This document shows, in pieces, positions 7,890-16,709 of a stretch of 64,000 nucleotides of DNA (positions are counted from its first letter, which is position 1; every line of letters starts with the position of its first letter). Origin of the DNA: Chloroflexota bacterium (GTDB lineage Bacteria; Chloroflexota; Limnocylindria; P2-11E). The stretch covers positions 2,075 to 66,074 of the forward strand of contig VBDQ01000017.1 of assembly GCA_005889075.1 (NCBI GenBank), given 5' to 3'. The notes below the pieces were generated by a model, which was not told where the DNA came from, ran no database searches, and saw only the letters and a program-made list of their open reading frames with translations. Position numbers and translations under genes: made by a program.

Positions 7890-8384
7890 GTGGGCAGTCA
7901 AACACGAGGACCGATCACGGAACGTAAGACCCGACTGGACGGATCGGTCACCGACTACGCCTGCGAACGCGTAAGGATCGAGCCCGGGAAGCGCGCGGTG
8001 GTGCGCTTCGTCAGCGATCGGGACCGCGCGATCGAAGGCACCGAGCTCGTCCTCCGTGCGGGAACGGTGACGATCGGTCATTTCTGGGTCGACCGGCCAT
8101 ACAACGTCTACCACTGGCGCGACGGCGAGCGGACGATCGCGCTTTACGTGAGCATCGCCGACGGGACGACGATCGAGGATCAGCTTATCGCCTACACCGA
8201 CCTGGTGGTCGATGTCCTCGTCCGCCCATTCGGCGCGATCGAGATCCTCGACGAGGACGAGCTGCCGCCTGGCCTCGAGCCGCGGCACCGTCTCGCGATC
8301 GCGAAGGCCCTCGAGACGTGCGTCACCGAGCCGAAACGGCTGGTGAACGAGATCGAGCGGGAGACGCGAGCCGCGCTCGCATGA
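7890..8384 (+). CDS. DUF402 (FomD/Ntdp-like) domain protein
   Basis: Track ORF of 164 aa with GTG start. LIAYTDLVVDVLVRPFGAIEILDEDEL matches the DUF402 y.DL.lDv...lDeDEl block. Confidence 0.65.
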   Translation: MGSQTRGPITERKTRLDGSVTDYACERVRIEPGKRAVVRFVSDRDRAIEGTELVLRAGTVTIGHFWVDRPYNVYHWRDGERTIALYVSIADGTTIEDQLIAYTDLVVDVLVRPFGAIEILDEDELPPGLEPRHRLAIAKALETCVTEPKRLVNEIERETRAALA

Positions 8385-9178
8385 CGCTCGCGCTCAAGCT
8401 GGTCCTCACCCCGGCGCTCATCGCGATCGCCACGCTCGCGGGGCGCCGTTTCGGTCCCTCCATCGGCGGCTGGCTGGTCGGGCTGCCCTTCACGTCAGGG
8501 CCGGTCTCGCTCTTCCTCGCGCTCGAGCAGGGAACGAGCTTTGCAGCTGCCGCGGCGTCCGGCTCGATCGCGGGCGCGGCCGCGTCGGCGCTCTTCGCCG
8601 TCGTGTACGCGGCGGTCGCGCGCCGCGCGGGATGGATCGCCTCGCTCGCGGTCGCGAGCATCGCCTTCGTCGTCACCATCGCGGCCTTGCGATTAGTTCC
8701 GCTTGGCAACGGCCTTCCGCTTCCACTACTCGCGATCTATGCGGTCACGATCGCGGCTGCGCTGGGCGCGATCGGCCTCATCGCAGAGCCACCGGCGCTA
8801 CCGGCGGAGGTGGCGCCACCGAGGTGGGATCTGCCGGCGCGAATGATCGTCGCGACGAGCCTCGTCGTCGCGATCACCGGCGTCGCGCCGATCCTCGGAC
8901 CGCAGCTCACGGGGCTGGTGACGACATACCCCATCTACGCCAGCGTGCTCGCCGCGTTCGCCCACGCGCAGCGGGGCGGCATGGCGGCCATCCACGTGGT
9001 CCGCGGCCTCTGCTACGGGCTGCTCGCGTTCGCCTCGTTCTTCTTCGTGATCGGCGCGCTAATCGACCGCGTCGGGATTGGCCTTGCGTTCGCGGGAGCG
9101 ATAGCGGCGGCGCTCGCGGTGCAGACGCTGACGCTGCGCCGGCTCAGGACTGAAGCGTCGCGCTCACCGATAGGTTGA
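8381..9178 (+). CDS. hypothetical polytopic membrane protein
   Basis: ATG 8381 overlaps the DUF402 stop (ATGA). About 265 aa, Ala/Leu/Gly-rich with at least 7 hydrophobic helices. No family recognised. Confidence 0.6.
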   Translation: MTLALKLVLTPALIAIATLAGRRFGPSIGGWLVGLPFTSGPVSLFLALEQGTSFAAAAASGSIAGAAASALFAVVYAAVARRAGWIASLAVASIAFVVTIAALRLVPLGNGLPLPLLAIYAVTIAAALGAIGLIAEPPALPAEVAPPRWDLPARMIVATSLVVAITGVAPILGPQLTGLVTTYPIYASVLAAFAHAQRGGMAAIHVVRGLCYGLLAFASFFFVIGALIDRVGIGLAFAGAIAAALAVQTLTLRRLRTEASRSPIG

Positions 9179-9587
9179 CGTTGCCTTTGAGGGCGCGCGA
9201 GATCGGGCAGTTATCCTTCGCGCCGGTCGCGGCCTCGCGGAACTTCGCGGCGTCCGCGCCTGGAACCTCACCCGTCACGTCGAGCGCGCTCGCCACCACG
9301 GTCCAGTTGTCCCCGACCTTGTCGAACGTGACCTTCGCGCTCACCTCGAGCTTTTTGGGCGGCGTGCCCGCGCGTGCAAGTCCGGCCGACAGCGCCATCG
9401 CGAAGCACGACGCATGCGCTGCCGCGAGCAGCTCCTCCGGACTCGACTTGCCGCCGGGCGCTTCGGTCCGCGCGCTCCACGACACGGGGAGATCGCGGAA
9501 CTTGCCACTCGAACCTGCGCTCACCATGCCGTTGCCCGACATGAGGTCACCGTTCCAGGTCACGCGTGCTTCTCTCGTTGCCGCCAC
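9144..9587 (-). CDS. osmC: OsmC family peroxiredoxin
   Basis: Trimmed to GTG 9587, preceded by GGGAGG with 6-nt spacing. VTWNGDLMSGNG...SSPEELLAAAHASCFAMALS...AKDNCPISRAL aligns along the full length with E. coli OsmC, including both Cys. Confidence 0.9.
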   Translation of the reverse strand: MAATREARVTWNGDLMSGNGMVSAGSSGKFRDLPVSWSARTEAPGGKSSPEELLAAAHASCFAMALSAGLARAGTPPKKLEVSAKVTFDKVGDNWTVVASALDVTGEVPGADAAKFREAATGAKDNCPISRALKGNVNLSVSATLQS

Positions 9588-9588
9588 G

Positions 9589-10017
9589 TCACACCTCCCG
9601 TTCACGCTCAGGGTACGGATGCGGCGGCTCCTTCGGCAGGAGCCACGGCAGTGCCTCGTCGAGGGGACGCGCGAGGATTTGGAACTGTTCGCGGGTGATG
9701 TGATCGCGTGCGAAGAGGGCGAGCGCCGCGCCCATCGCCGCACGCTCAGCCTTGTGCCCGGTCTGGCCGTGCTCGTACTGCCACGAGACGAGCGCGCGCG
9801 ATCCCTCGGTCATATCGAAGAGCGAGCGGCGGAACTCTTCCCACGCCGGACCGCGTCCGGTGTCCTCGATCGCGCGCAGCGCCGCGCGCTCGGCGGCCTG
9901 GAAGGCCTCGCGGTTCGGTTCGCCGTGGCGGTCCCAGCCCCAAGCGGCGCGCTCGACACCCGCCGCCGAGAACACGCCAAGATCCGAACGAAGGCGCTCG
10001 CGCTCGGCCTGGCTCAC
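9589..10017 (-). CDS. hypothetical protein
   Basis: Track ORF of 142 aa. GTG 10017 is preceded by GGAG. The stop is 1 nt before the osmC start. No motif recognised. Confidence 0.5.
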   Translation of the reverse strand: MSQAERERLRSDLGVFSAAGVERAAWGWDRHGEPNREAFQAAERAALRAIEDTGRGPAWEEFRRSLFDMTEGSRALVSWQYEHGQTGHKAERAAMGAALALFARDHITREQFQILARPLDEALPWLLPKEPPHPYPEREREV

Positions 10018-10039
10018 GGCTACTCCGACCCCACTTTGG

Positions 10040-10210
10040 TCAGGCCGCCGCGGGCTTCGGGTCGCTCCGTTCCTGGATGGCCTTGATGACCGCTCGCCGT
10101 GCGATGTCCTCCCCGTGCGTGGCCGCTATCCGTTCACGCACCTCGTCCACAGATTGTGCACGGATGTGGTGGGCGAGGTCATCCCGGTCCTGCCAGAGGT
10201 AAGCGTTCAC
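10040..10210 (-). CDS. 56-codon hypothetical small protein (not in the ORF track)
   Basis: GTG 10210 to TGA 10042-10040. Reads VNAYLWQDRDDLAHHIRAQSVDEVRERIAATHGEDIARRAVIKAIQERSDPKPAAA. Mostly G/C third positions. Ends 22 nt upstream of the next gene start. Confidence 0.35.
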   Translation of the reverse strand: MNAYLWQDRDDLAHHIRAQSVDEVRERIAATHGEDIARRAVIKAIQERSDPKPAAA

Positions 10211-10230
10211 GTCACGAGCAACGCGATGTG

Positions 10231-10767
10231 ATGTTCCAACATTCCTGGTACCGAGCGATCCGCGGAGAAGTGTCGCGTCTTACTCTTTTCGCGGTGCCGC
10301 GGAACCGTAGTCAGCCGATCGAAGGCGTCTGGGAGATCCACGCCGGCGTTCCGCGCGCCAAGCGGGGCCGACCGCGCGCCCGCGATGGCGTCGAGGACCT
10401 TCACTACAACAACCCGTATGCCTACAACATCGAGCGGGTCTGGTTCGATGGGCGGATCGTCTTCGCCACCGAGCAGGGCGAGGTCGACGTCGATCCGCGG
10501 AGGGTCAAGGTCGCGCAGGAGTACCAGGTCGTATACGCGGTCCGGCTGACGAAGAGCGGAAAGCTGGTTGGCGGCCGCGAGCCCCAACGCGTGCCCGGGC
10601 AGCTCAACATCTACGACTCCGTTCCCGGAATGAGGAAGTACAGCCCGATCTGGCAATTCAACTACGTGATCGTCCCACGCGACTACGTCCCGAACGCTCT
10701 CCGCTCGGAGCGCGACTGTCTCGGGAGTGGCTATCCCATCAAACGGAGCCGCATCTTCGAGAACTGA
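10231..10767 (+). CDS. hypothetical protein
   Basis: ATG 10231, internal to track ORF 10099..10767 whose upstream part is Arg/Pro-rich. 178 aa. No signal peptide and no recognisable family. Confidence 0.5.
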   Translation: MFQHSWYRAIRGEVSRLTLFAVPRNRSQPIEGVWEIHAGVPRAKRGRPRARDGVEDLHYNNPYAYNIERVWFDGRIVFATEQGEVDVDPRRVKVAQEYQVVYAVRLTKSGKLVGGREPQRVPGQLNIYDSVPGMRKYSPIWQFNYVIVPRDYVPNALRSERDCLGSGYPIKRSRIFEN

Positions 10768-10775
10768 CCCGTCCT

Positions 10776-11315
10776 TTAGGCCTGCGGTCGCAGGCCGGCG
10801 AGCCACCCGGCGAGCTCCCTCGAGCTCCGGAGGTGCACGACCTTCAGGTGGCGGTACTCGGGACGGGCAAGCCACTCGCGGTATGTGCGCGAGCGCCGGC
10901 GCTCGGTCCGGATCATGAATAAGAGGAGCGAGTCGCGGGAAAAGAACGACGCGCGGAAGGTCTCGCGCTGGAGTCCCCAGAGCGGCTCGCTCGTCAGCAT
11001 CCGTGCGAGCGTCCGGCGCAACACCCGCCAGAGCCGCAGAAGGAACGGCAGCTCGAGCCACACAACCGTGTCGGCTCGCGCCCAGACAATGTCGCGCGTC
11101 CTCGAGTAGCTGCCGTCCACGACCCAGCGCTCGCCGGCTATCGCCTCCTTGACCCAAAGGCGGAACTCGTCGTCGGCGGGCATCCGCCAGTCGGGATAGC
11201 GGCCCCAGTGGATCTCATCGAGCTCGATGAAGGGAACGTCGAGCTTCGCCGCGATCGCGCGACCGACGAGGGTTTTCCCCGATCCGCTGCCGCCGATCAC
11301 GTTCACGCGTCGCAC
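10776..11315 (-). CDS. P-loop kinase (adenylate-kinase / topology-modulation FlaR-like)
   Basis: Trimmed to GTG 11315. Walker A GGSGSGKT sits at the N-terminus. About 180 aa, typical of small P-loop NMP-kinase-like proteins. Confidence 0.65.
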   Translation of the reverse strand: MRRVNVIGGSGSGKTLVGRAIAAKLDVPFIELDEIHWGRYPDWRMPADDEFRLWVKEAIAGERWVVDGSYSRTRDIVWARADTVVWLELPFLLRLWRVLRRTLARMLTSEPLWGLQRETFRASFFSRDSLLLFMIRTERRRSRTYREWLARPEYRHLKVVHLRSSRELAGWLAGLRPQA

Positions 11316-11370
11316 GTCCCGCGACGATATCGACCCATTCGCCGCGATGGCCCAGCGGCGGAGTTGGAAC

Positions 11371-12321
11371 TCAGATCGGATACGCCCCGCAGACGCGGCA
11401 ATAGGTCCCCTCAGGCCCCCGCGCGTGACAGTCTGGGCAGGCCTTCGGCATGGCTGGATCGGGTCTGGGCGGGCCACCGAAGACGTCGCGGTAGAGGCGG
11501 TAGTAGGCCAGGGACTCGGGATCCCGGAGCCGCACGCCGTCCTGGGCGCGCACCGCCTCGGCCGCCGCGGCGAAGTCGGCGACCGTACCCGCCATCAGGT
11601 CCTTGAGGGCCGTGGCGCCGGAGCCGATCTCGATCGGGTCCTTCCTGCGGAAGGCGTGACGTGCCCCGATCTCGCCCGCGAACGCGCGCCGCAGCGGCGC
11701 CTTGCCGAGCCGCTGGCCGTCGTGGTCAAGGACCAGGTCTTCGCCGCCCAGCGTGAGCGCGTGGGCGATGATCTCCGGTTCGAGATAAGGACTCCGGACC
11801 TCGACGCCGAGCTTCTCGCCGATGAGCGTTCCATTGAAGTGCATCGAGGCCGCGAAGCGTTTGATCGTCGCGACGATCTCATCCGGCGCTTTGGTGTAGA
11901 CGAACGAGTAACCCGCGAAGAGCTCATCCGCGCCGTCGCCGGTCCAGCATGAGCGGATGCCGCGTCGAGCCACTTCCCTGAGACCCTCGAGCACGACGAT
12001 GTCGTTGCGGAGGTACATGCCATCGAAGGTGTTGAGCAGAGCGATCAGCTCTGGCAGCACCGTCGCAAGCTCAGCGACGGTACGACGCAAGACGACGTGC
12101 TCGATGCGGAGGCGCCGCGCGACGGCGGTTGCGTAAGCGAGGTCGGGCGGGTCGTCGCCGACGGCGACGGTGACGGCGAAACGAAGGCCGTGCCGAGCCG
12201 CAAGCGCGGCGACGATGCTCGTGTCGAGACCGCCAGACAAGAGGATCGCCTTACAGCGTCGCCGCGCGACCGCGGCATCGAGGAGCGCGGCGAGTCGATG
12301 GGTCGCGGAAACGAGAGGCAT
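11371..12321 (-). CDS. asparagine synthetase-like PP-loop amidotransferase domain protein (no glutaminase domain) with C-terminal zinc ribbon
   Basis: ATG 12321 (the track begins at 12360). ILLSGGLDTS PP-loop and DGADELFAGY block of the AsnB synthetase domain. No Ntn glutaminase domain. Ends in CPDCHARGPEGTYCRVCGAYPI. Confidence 0.75.
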   Translation of the reverse strand: MPLVSATHRLAALLDAAVARRRCKAILLSGGLDTSIVAALAARHGLRFAVTVAVGDDPPDLAYATAVARRLRIEHVVLRRTVAELATVLPELIALLNTFDGMYLRNDIVVLEGLREVARRGIRSCWTGDGADELFAGYSFVYTKAPDEIVATIKRFAASMHFNGTLIGEKLGVEVRSPYLEPEIIAHALTLGGEDLVLDHDGQRLGKAPLRRAFAGEIGARHAFRRKDPIEIGSGATALKDLMAGTVADFAAAAEAVRAQDGVRLRDPESLAYYRLYRDVFGGPPRPDPAMPKACPDCHARGPEGTYCRVCGAYPI

Positions 12322-12348
12322 CAGCCGACGATATCCTCGAACGGCCCC

Positions 12349-13494
12349 GTGAAGCTCCACGAATATCAGGCGAAGCAGCTCCTCGCGCGCGCGGGCATCC
12401 CCATCCCCGACGGACGACTGGCGACGACAGCCGACGAGGCCGAGAGGGCGGCGCGCGCGATCGGAGCGTCAGTCGCGGTGAAGGCGCAGGTTCACGTCGG
12501 TGGCCGCGGCAAGGCCGGCGGGATCAGGATCGCAAAGACGCCCGCGGAGGCGCGCGACGCGGCGAAGGCGATCCTCGGTCTGGAGATCAAGGGACTGCGA
12601 GTCGAGAAGGTCTACGTCGAGCGCGCCGCGGACGTGGATCGCGAGCTTTACCTCGGGATCACGCTCGACCGCGATCGGCGGCGGCCGGTGGTCATGCTGT
12701 CGACCGTCGGAGGGATGGACATCGAGCAGGTCGCGGCGACCGATCCGGACAAGATCGCGCGCGGGTGGCCGAGCCCGCTGCTCGGGCTGCTGCCGTTCGA
12801 GGCGCGCGCGCTCGCGTTCGAGGCCGGCGTTCCCGAGCCGCAGCGCGACGCGGTCGCGGACATCGCGCGCAAGCTCTTCACCGTCTACGTGCAGACGGAT
12901 GCCTCGCTCGTCGAGATCAACCCGCTCTTCGTTCAGAAAGACCGATCTCTCTTGGCGGGCGACGCGAAGCTCGACGTGGACGACAACGCGCTCTACCGGC
13001 AGCCGGAGCTTGCGAAGCTCAAGGAGATCTCGCGAGACGAAGAGGCCGAGGAGAAAGCGCGCGCGCTCGGCTTCAGCTACGTCCAGCTCGACGGAGACGT
13101 CGGCATCATCGGGAACGGCGCCGGGTTGGTGATGAGCACGCTGGACGCGGTGAAGCTCGCCGGCGGCCGCGCCGCGAACTTCCTCGACGTCGGCGGCGGC
13201 GCCAAGGAAGAGGTCGTGCGCAACGCGCTCGAGATCGTCCTTGCGAACCCTCGTGTCCGAAGCGTGCTGATCAACATCTTCGGCGGGATCACGCGTGGCG
13301 ACGAAGTGGCGAAGGGCATCCTTGCGGTGATCGCCACGCATCCGCCTCGCGTCCCGCTGGTGATCCGGCTCTCGGGAACGGAAGCGGAGGCGGGGCGCAA
13401 GCTCCTCGCGAGCGCACCGCTCGAGTCGCGCGAGACGATGGACGACGCCGCGAAGGAGGCGGTGCGGCTGGCGAAGGAGCCGGTCCGCGTGTGA
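12349..13494 (+). CDS. sucC: succinyl-CoA synthetase beta subunit
   Basis: GTG 12349. VKLHEYQAKQLLARAGIP... aligns with SucC MNLHEYQAKQLF along the full-length ATP-grasp and ligase-CoA domains. Confidence 0.95.
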   Translation: MKLHEYQAKQLLARAGIPIPDGRLATTADEAERAARAIGASVAVKAQVHVGGRGKAGGIRIAKTPAEARDAAKAILGLEIKGLRVEKVYVERAADVDRELYLGITLDRDRRRPVVMLSTVGGMDIEQVAATDPDKIARGWPSPLLGLLPFEARALAFEAGVPEPQRDAVADIARKLFTVYVQTDASLVEINPLFVQKDRSLLAGDAKLDVDDNALYRQPELAKLKEISRDEEAEEKARALGFSYVQLDGDVGIIGNGAGLVMSTLDAVKLAGGRAANFLDVGGGAKEEVVRNALEIVLANPRVRSVLINIFGGITRGDEVAKGILAVIATHPPRVPLVIRLSGTEAEAGRKLLASAPLESRETMDDAAKEAVRLAKEPVRV

Positions 13495-14360
13495 GCGTCC
13501 TTCTTGATCGGAACACCCGTGTCGTGGTCCAAGGTCTCGGTCGCGAGGGTTCGTTCCACGCGGCACGCATGAAGGAGTACGGCACCAAGGTCGTCGGCGC
13601 GACGAAGCCCGGCAAGGGCGGGACGACGCAGGAGGGCGTTCCGCTTTTCGACACGATGGCGCAGGCGGTCGACGCGACGGACGCGAACACCTCGATCGTG
13701 TTCGTCCCCGCGCCGTTCGCGATGGATGCGATGCTCGAGGCGATCGACGCGGGCATCGATCTCGTCATCGCGATCACGGAGGGAATTCCCGTCGCCGACA
13801 TGCTGAAGGTCGCAGCGGTGCTCGAAACGAGCGGGACCACGCTGGTCGGACCGAACGGTCCGGGGGCGATCACGCCGGGTCAGGCGAAGGTCGGGATCAT
13901 GCCGGCCGAGAACTTCTCGCCTGGCGGCATTGGGTTCGTGTCGCGCAGCGGGACGCTCACCTACGAGATCGCCGATCTGCTCACGCGCGCCGGCCTCGGT
14001 CAGTCGACGTGCATCGGCGTCGGCGGCGATCCGGTCGTCGGACTTCCCACCCCGGACGCGGTCCGTCTGCTGAACGAGGATCCGGCGACAGAGGCAATCG
14101 TGATCGTCGGCGAGATCGGAGGCAGCGCGGAGGAGCACGCCGCCGAGTACCTGCGGGCCGAGGGCAAGAAGCCCGCGGTGGCGTTCATCGCCGGTCGTTC
14201 GGCGCCTCCCGGCAAGCGCATGGGCCACGCCGGCGCGATCGTCTCCGGAAATCAGGGAACCGCGGAGTCGAAGGTGCGCGCGTTCGAGGAGGCGGGCATC
14301 CCGGTCGCGAACGCGCCGAGCGAGATCCCGGACCTGGTGAAGCAGGCGCTGCGGCGGTGA
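13491..14360 (+). CDS. sucD: succinyl-CoA synthetase alpha subunit
   Basis: GTG 13491 overlaps the sucC TGA (GTGA). SRSGTLTYE, GIGGDP-like GVGGDP and GHAGAIVSG (phosphohistidine loop). Confidence 0.95.
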   Translation: MSVLLDRNTRVVVQGLGREGSFHAARMKEYGTKVVGATKPGKGGTTQEGVPLFDTMAQAVDATDANTSIVFVPAPFAMDAMLEAIDAGIDLVIAITEGIPVADMLKVAAVLETSGTTLVGPNGPGAITPGQAKVGIMPAENFSPGGIGFVSRSGTLTYEIADLLTRAGLGQSTCIGVGGDPVVGLPTPDAVRLLNEDPATEAIVIVGEIGGSAEEHAAEYLRAEGKKPAVAFIAGRSAPPGKRMGHAGAIVSGNQGTAESKVRAFEEAGIPVANAPSEIPDLVKQALRR

Positions 14361-14833
14361 GGGCTTTTGCCGCTCTTACGATCATGCTCGCCGCCTCGTG
14401 TCAGAGCGAAGGGCCTCATCCACTGACCGCTGCGGCGAGCTCGCCGTTGGCGACGCAATCGCTTCAGGCAGCGGCGACCGGGCAAACGTTGGGCGCAGGC
14501 GACGCCCTCCGCGCCGTCTTCGCGTCGGAATCTGGCGGGTTCGCCATTTCGAGCACTTTCCCGAGTGCTGCCGGCGTCAGCGTGTGCCAGATACACGGCG
14601 GTGGCCCGCCGCCTGGCATCGTCGTTCCGGGCACATGCCGAACCGAGCTGTCCGCGACCGGATCGGGCTTCATCGTCACCTTCACCGAGACGTGGGATGC
14701 GCGGCAATTCCATCTGGCGACCGAACCGGCGACAGGTGAGCTCCACCATACGTGGTCGTTCACGGTCGACCGAGCTGGGGAAGTGGTCCTCACGGAGCAA
14801 TCGGGCAACTTCCCGCCGCAGCTCGTGCTCTGA
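14357..14833 (+). CDS. putative lipoprotein, unknown function
   Basis: GTG 14357 overlaps the sucD TGA (GTGA). VRAFAALTIMLAASC is a lipobox-like signal. The rest has no known family. Confidence 0.55.
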   Translation: MRAFAALTIMLAASCQSEGPHPLTAAASSPLATQSLQAAATGQTLGAGDALRAVFASESGGFAISSTFPSAAGVSVCQIHGGGPPPGIVVPGTCRTELSATGSGFIVTFTETWDARQFHLATEPATGELHHTWSFTVDRAGEVVLTEQSGNFPPQLVL

Positions 14834-14873
14834 TCGGTCGGGTCTTCTCGAGCCGACTGCTCTCGCTAGTCGA

Positions 14874-15248
14874 TTACGACCGTCGCGGCTGGAACAGCTC
14901 GACGACGTTTCCGGAAGGGTCCTCGAGGAGGATCTGCGAACCACCCGGGCCGGTCACGATGTCGTTCCGGAAGCGCACCCCCGCCGAGCGGAGCCGCGCG
15001 ACCTCGGCGGCGATGTCGTCGACCACGAGCTCGATCCGGTTCCAACCCCCTGGCTCTGGACGACGGCCGTCAGGCATCGGCCGGCCGGCCGAGCTCGTCG
15101 CGCCACTCAAGAGCAGACGCAGCTCGCCGCGCTTGACGTCGGCGAAGGCCGGTGCCGCGCTCGATAAGAGCGCGAAGCCAAGGTGCTTCGTATAGAAGGC
15201 GACCGCGGCGTCGACGTCGTCGACCATGTAGCGCACGTTGACGGTCAT
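14874..15248 (-). CDS. glyoxalase/VOC family protein
   Basis: ATG 15248 (the track starts at 15317). MTVNVRYMVDDVDAAVAFYTKHLGF...GGSQILLEDPSGNVVELFQP is typical VOC. Confidence 0.8.
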   Translation of the reverse strand: MTVNVRYMVDDVDAAVAFYTKHLGFALLSSAAPAFADVKRGELRLLLSGATSSAGRPMPDGRRPEPGGWNRIELVVDDIAAEVARLRSAGVRFRNDIVTGPGGSQILLEDPSGNVVELFQPRRS

Positions 15249-15273
15249 GGGTTCGGGTATAGCGCGTCGCGGC

Positions 15274-16641
15274 CTACTCCGCGCAACACCATCCAAGGAA
15301 CTTCGCGATCGGAACAACGAAACGCTGCTCAGGACCGTTCACGCGAAGGACCGTGAGCTCGTTCTCGCCGGGGATCGCGGCCCACGTCGCGATGTCCGAC
15401 AGCAGCAGCGCGCCTTTGCGCGGCACAGTGATCTCGCGCATGACCGTACCGGTCTTGTCGACGAGCGCGGTCCGGTTGAGGAGCGTCGTCTCGCCGCACT
15501 CGGGCCCGAAGAGCGGGACGGCGAGGATCGGCGTCGCCCGCGCCCAATGGGCAAACGGGATGAAGCAGCTGTTGTTCGAGCGCACGATCCCGCGGAGGCC
15601 GGTCTCCTCATGGACGACAGCGACGGCGTAGTCGTACTGCCCGAGCGCGTGCAACCCGACCGCGAGCAGCCCGCCGCCCTGCCAATCGATGAACGTCACC
15701 TTCAAGTCTTTAGCCGCCCAGCCGCACGACTCCTTGGACCTCGTCACATCATCGGCGGTGAGCACGGTCCGATCGCCGACGATCGCTGTGCCAGTGACGT
15801 CGAGCGTCCGGACCGCGGCCGTACCGTCCGCCGTGACCGCGGGATACGCGAAGACCGCGCCGTCTGAACGCCACGCGGACCATCCCGCGAGATCGAGCTT
15901 CACCAGAGCTTGCGGCCGTTCGCCGGCGCGCCAGTCCCAGAGCGTCGCGCCAGAGATGGGGTAGTCCCGCGAGGATGCGCTGAAGAAGCTCAGCTCATCG
16001 GCTCCGCGCCACTCGAGGTCGAACACGAGACCGCCGGGCACGAAACGAGACGCGGGCTGGTCGAAGCCGGCGAAATAGATGGCGTCGACACGATCGGCGT
16101 CCGGAACGATCGCGAGGTGGCGCGCGTCGGGCGACCAGCTCACGATTCCGACGTCGCCGAGGAATGGGATGTCGAGCGCGACTTGCGCACCCGATGAGCT
16201 CCACTAGCTCATGCGCTGCGCTTTCACGTCCGCGAGCACCGCATGGGCGGCGCTTCCGTCGGGCGCAAGGACGGCGCGTGACCCCGAAAGCGGAGCGGGC
16301 AGCGACAGCTCCCGGACAGCTCCCCGTGAATACAGGAGCAGCGCGGTCGCGCTCTTCTCGAAGAGATAGGTCCCTGGCGGGGCGGGCGAAGGCAAAGCGC
16401 GACCGCTCGGGGCTGGTGACGGCGCGACGCTCGCCGTCGCGAGGGTCGGGAAGGATGCGCATGAGACCGACGTCCCACCGATGGCCGGCCCGCCGACCGA
16501 GGGGGTCGATGCGGCGGCAGTGGCAGCGCTCGGCACATTTGTAGGAGCGCACGCCGCGCAGACGATGGCGACGACCGCCGCGAAGCGCCTCACGCCAATT
16601 ACTACCGCCGACGATGTCGAGGGTTCCCGCGCGTACCGCAT
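15274..16641 (-). pseudogene. TolB-like beta-propeller lipoprotein gene interrupted by a single in-frame TAG (16206-16204)
   Basis: Track ORFs 16204..16668 and 15274..16143 share one frame (16206-16143 = 63). The upstream part has signal/lipobox RRFAAVVAIVCAAC and an LAPDGS repeat. The downstream part resumes WSSSGAQVALDIPFLGDVGIVSWSPDARHLAIV with no signal peptide of its own. Confidence 0.5.
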
Positions 16642-16709
16642 CACGTGCAGTTTCGTTCTCGGTTGCATGCCTGTGAAAGTGCTCGAGCGTCGAGTAAAGT
16701 GACGACCAA

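Noticed and set aside
10776-12321. AsnB-like gene as a lasso-peptide cyclase cluster
   Set aside because: The protein is only the roughly 316-aa synthetase core, whereas lasso cyclases are about twice as long. No transglutaminase-like protease, RRE/PqqD protein, precursor peptide or exporter lies adjacent.
14834-14873. Intrinsic terminator between the convergent lipoprotein and VOC genes
   Set aside because: Only a weak 5-bp complementarity (GGTCG/CGACT region) and no U-tract, so it is not supportable.
16204-16206. In-frame TAG as a pyrrolysine codon
   Set aside because: There are no pyl genes or methylamine methyltransferase context in the window, and the host protein is a secreted propeller lipoprotein. 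A nonsense mutation, read-through or sequencing error are simpler explanations.
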